Assembly (NCBI GenBank): GCA_943354165.1
Contig: CALRBH010000001.1
Location: 80,828 to 144,827, forward strand
Length of the DNA stretch: 64,000 nucleotides
Direction: 5' to 3'
From: Candidatus Uhrbacteria bacterium RIFOXYB12_FULL_58_10
GTDB taxonomy: Bacteria > Patescibacteriota > Patescibacteriia > UBA9934 > GWF2-40-263
Shown here: positions 63,516 to 64,000 of the stretch, one piece after another
Numbering within the stretch: the first letter of the stretch is position 1
Layout: the number at the start of each line of letters is the position of its first letter
Made by a program: the position numbers and the translations under genes
The notes under the pieces: generated by a model
Seen by the model: the letters and a program-made list of their open reading frames with translations, nothing else
What the model was told of the DNA's origin: nothing
Databases searched by the model: none

Positions 63516-64000
63516 ATGCCCAACAAAGAAATCGTTTTAGATATCGAAACCGCTAACACCTTTCAAGAGGTCGGCTCTTATGATCATACCAAGCTTGTCA
63601 TGTCCGTTTGCGGCGTCTATTTCTACGAAACAGACGAATACCGGGCGTATGAGCTCCATGAGATGAAGGATCTTTGGCCCCGGCTTGAAAGCTGTGATCG
63701 CATCATCGGCTACAACACCATCGGGTTCGATATGCCCGTCATGAATAACTATTATCCGGGGGATCTTCTTAAGCTCAATCAACTTGATATTCTGGCCGAG
63801 ATCCAAAAAGCCCTTGGGTTCCGTTTGAAACTCGATGACGTTGCCGCGGCTTCGCTTGGTCACGGAAAAACGGGCCATGGGCTCCAGGCGGTTGAGTGGT
63901 GGAAGCAGGGGGAGAAGGAAAAGGTGAAGACCTACTGCCTCGATGACGTCCGGGTGACCAAGGAACTGTACGAATACGGCCTGAAATACAACGCGGTCGC
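63516..64000 (+). CDS. DEDD/RNase H-fold 3'-5' exonuclease-like protein (partial, runs off the window)
   Basis: LDIETANTF (Exo I D-x-E), YNTIGFDMPVM (Exo II), CLDDVRVTKELY (Exo III Y-x3-D region). Confidence 0.5.
   Translation, partial: MPNKEIVLDIETANTFQEVGSYDHTKLVMSVCGVYFYETDEYRAYELHEMKDLWPRLESCDRIIGYNTIGFDMPVMNNYYPGDLLKLNQLDILAEIQKALGFRLKLDDVAAASLGHGKTGHGLQAVEWWKQGEKEKVKTYCLDDVRVTKELYEYGLKYNAV

Overview
This is a GC-rich (~58-60%), gene-dense bacterial window, almost entirely coding, with short or overlapping intergenic spacers. By inference the gene content looks CPR/Patescibacteria-like: a DUF5667 protein after an ECF sigma factor, a four-helix-bundle protein, many GT4/GT2 glycosyltransferases, a PEGA-domain protein and a giant repeat surface protein. 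Housekeeping islands are present: pyk with tRNA-Asp, an infC-rpmI-rplT operon, smpB adjacent to tmRNA (ssrA), HU, HflX, L28 and a LOG-family protein. The largest block is a surface-polysaccharide locus. It contains Wzz-like and Wzy/O-antigen-ligase-like proteins, five GT4 and two GT2 transferases, a DUF2304 protein, a UXS-like decarboxylase and rmlB-rmlD-rmlA. It also holds a CDP-alcohol phosphatidyltransferase, a GT-C transferase and a TIM-barrel glycoside hydrolase. Accessory content includes an island of secreted Cys-rich tandem-repeat proteins with (Gly-Glu)n linkers and near-identical TTGACA-N17-TAGAAA promoters. There is also an excisionase-like HTH protein, ECF sigma factor, DUF5667 protein and a 1280-aa surface protein behind a ~200-nt structured leader, plus an AT-rich RelE/ParE toxin-antitoxin module with a palindromic operator. 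The most unusual non-coding signal is a family of stop-codon-rich G/T-rich inverted repeats (GTAGTAG, GTAGTGTGTAGG and GGTAAGGG units) placed directly after stop codons. One copy is an empty hairpin between smpB and ssrA. A second copy, sharing an identical 24-nt core, flanks a four-helix-bundle (23S rRNA intervening-sequence protein) gene as a precise cassette between two genes. Several genes carry a -10 hexamer 8-9 nt before the ATG, suggesting leaderless mRNAs. No CRISPR array, integrase or transposase is visible. All functional calls rest on motifs recognised by eye, because no database search was possible.
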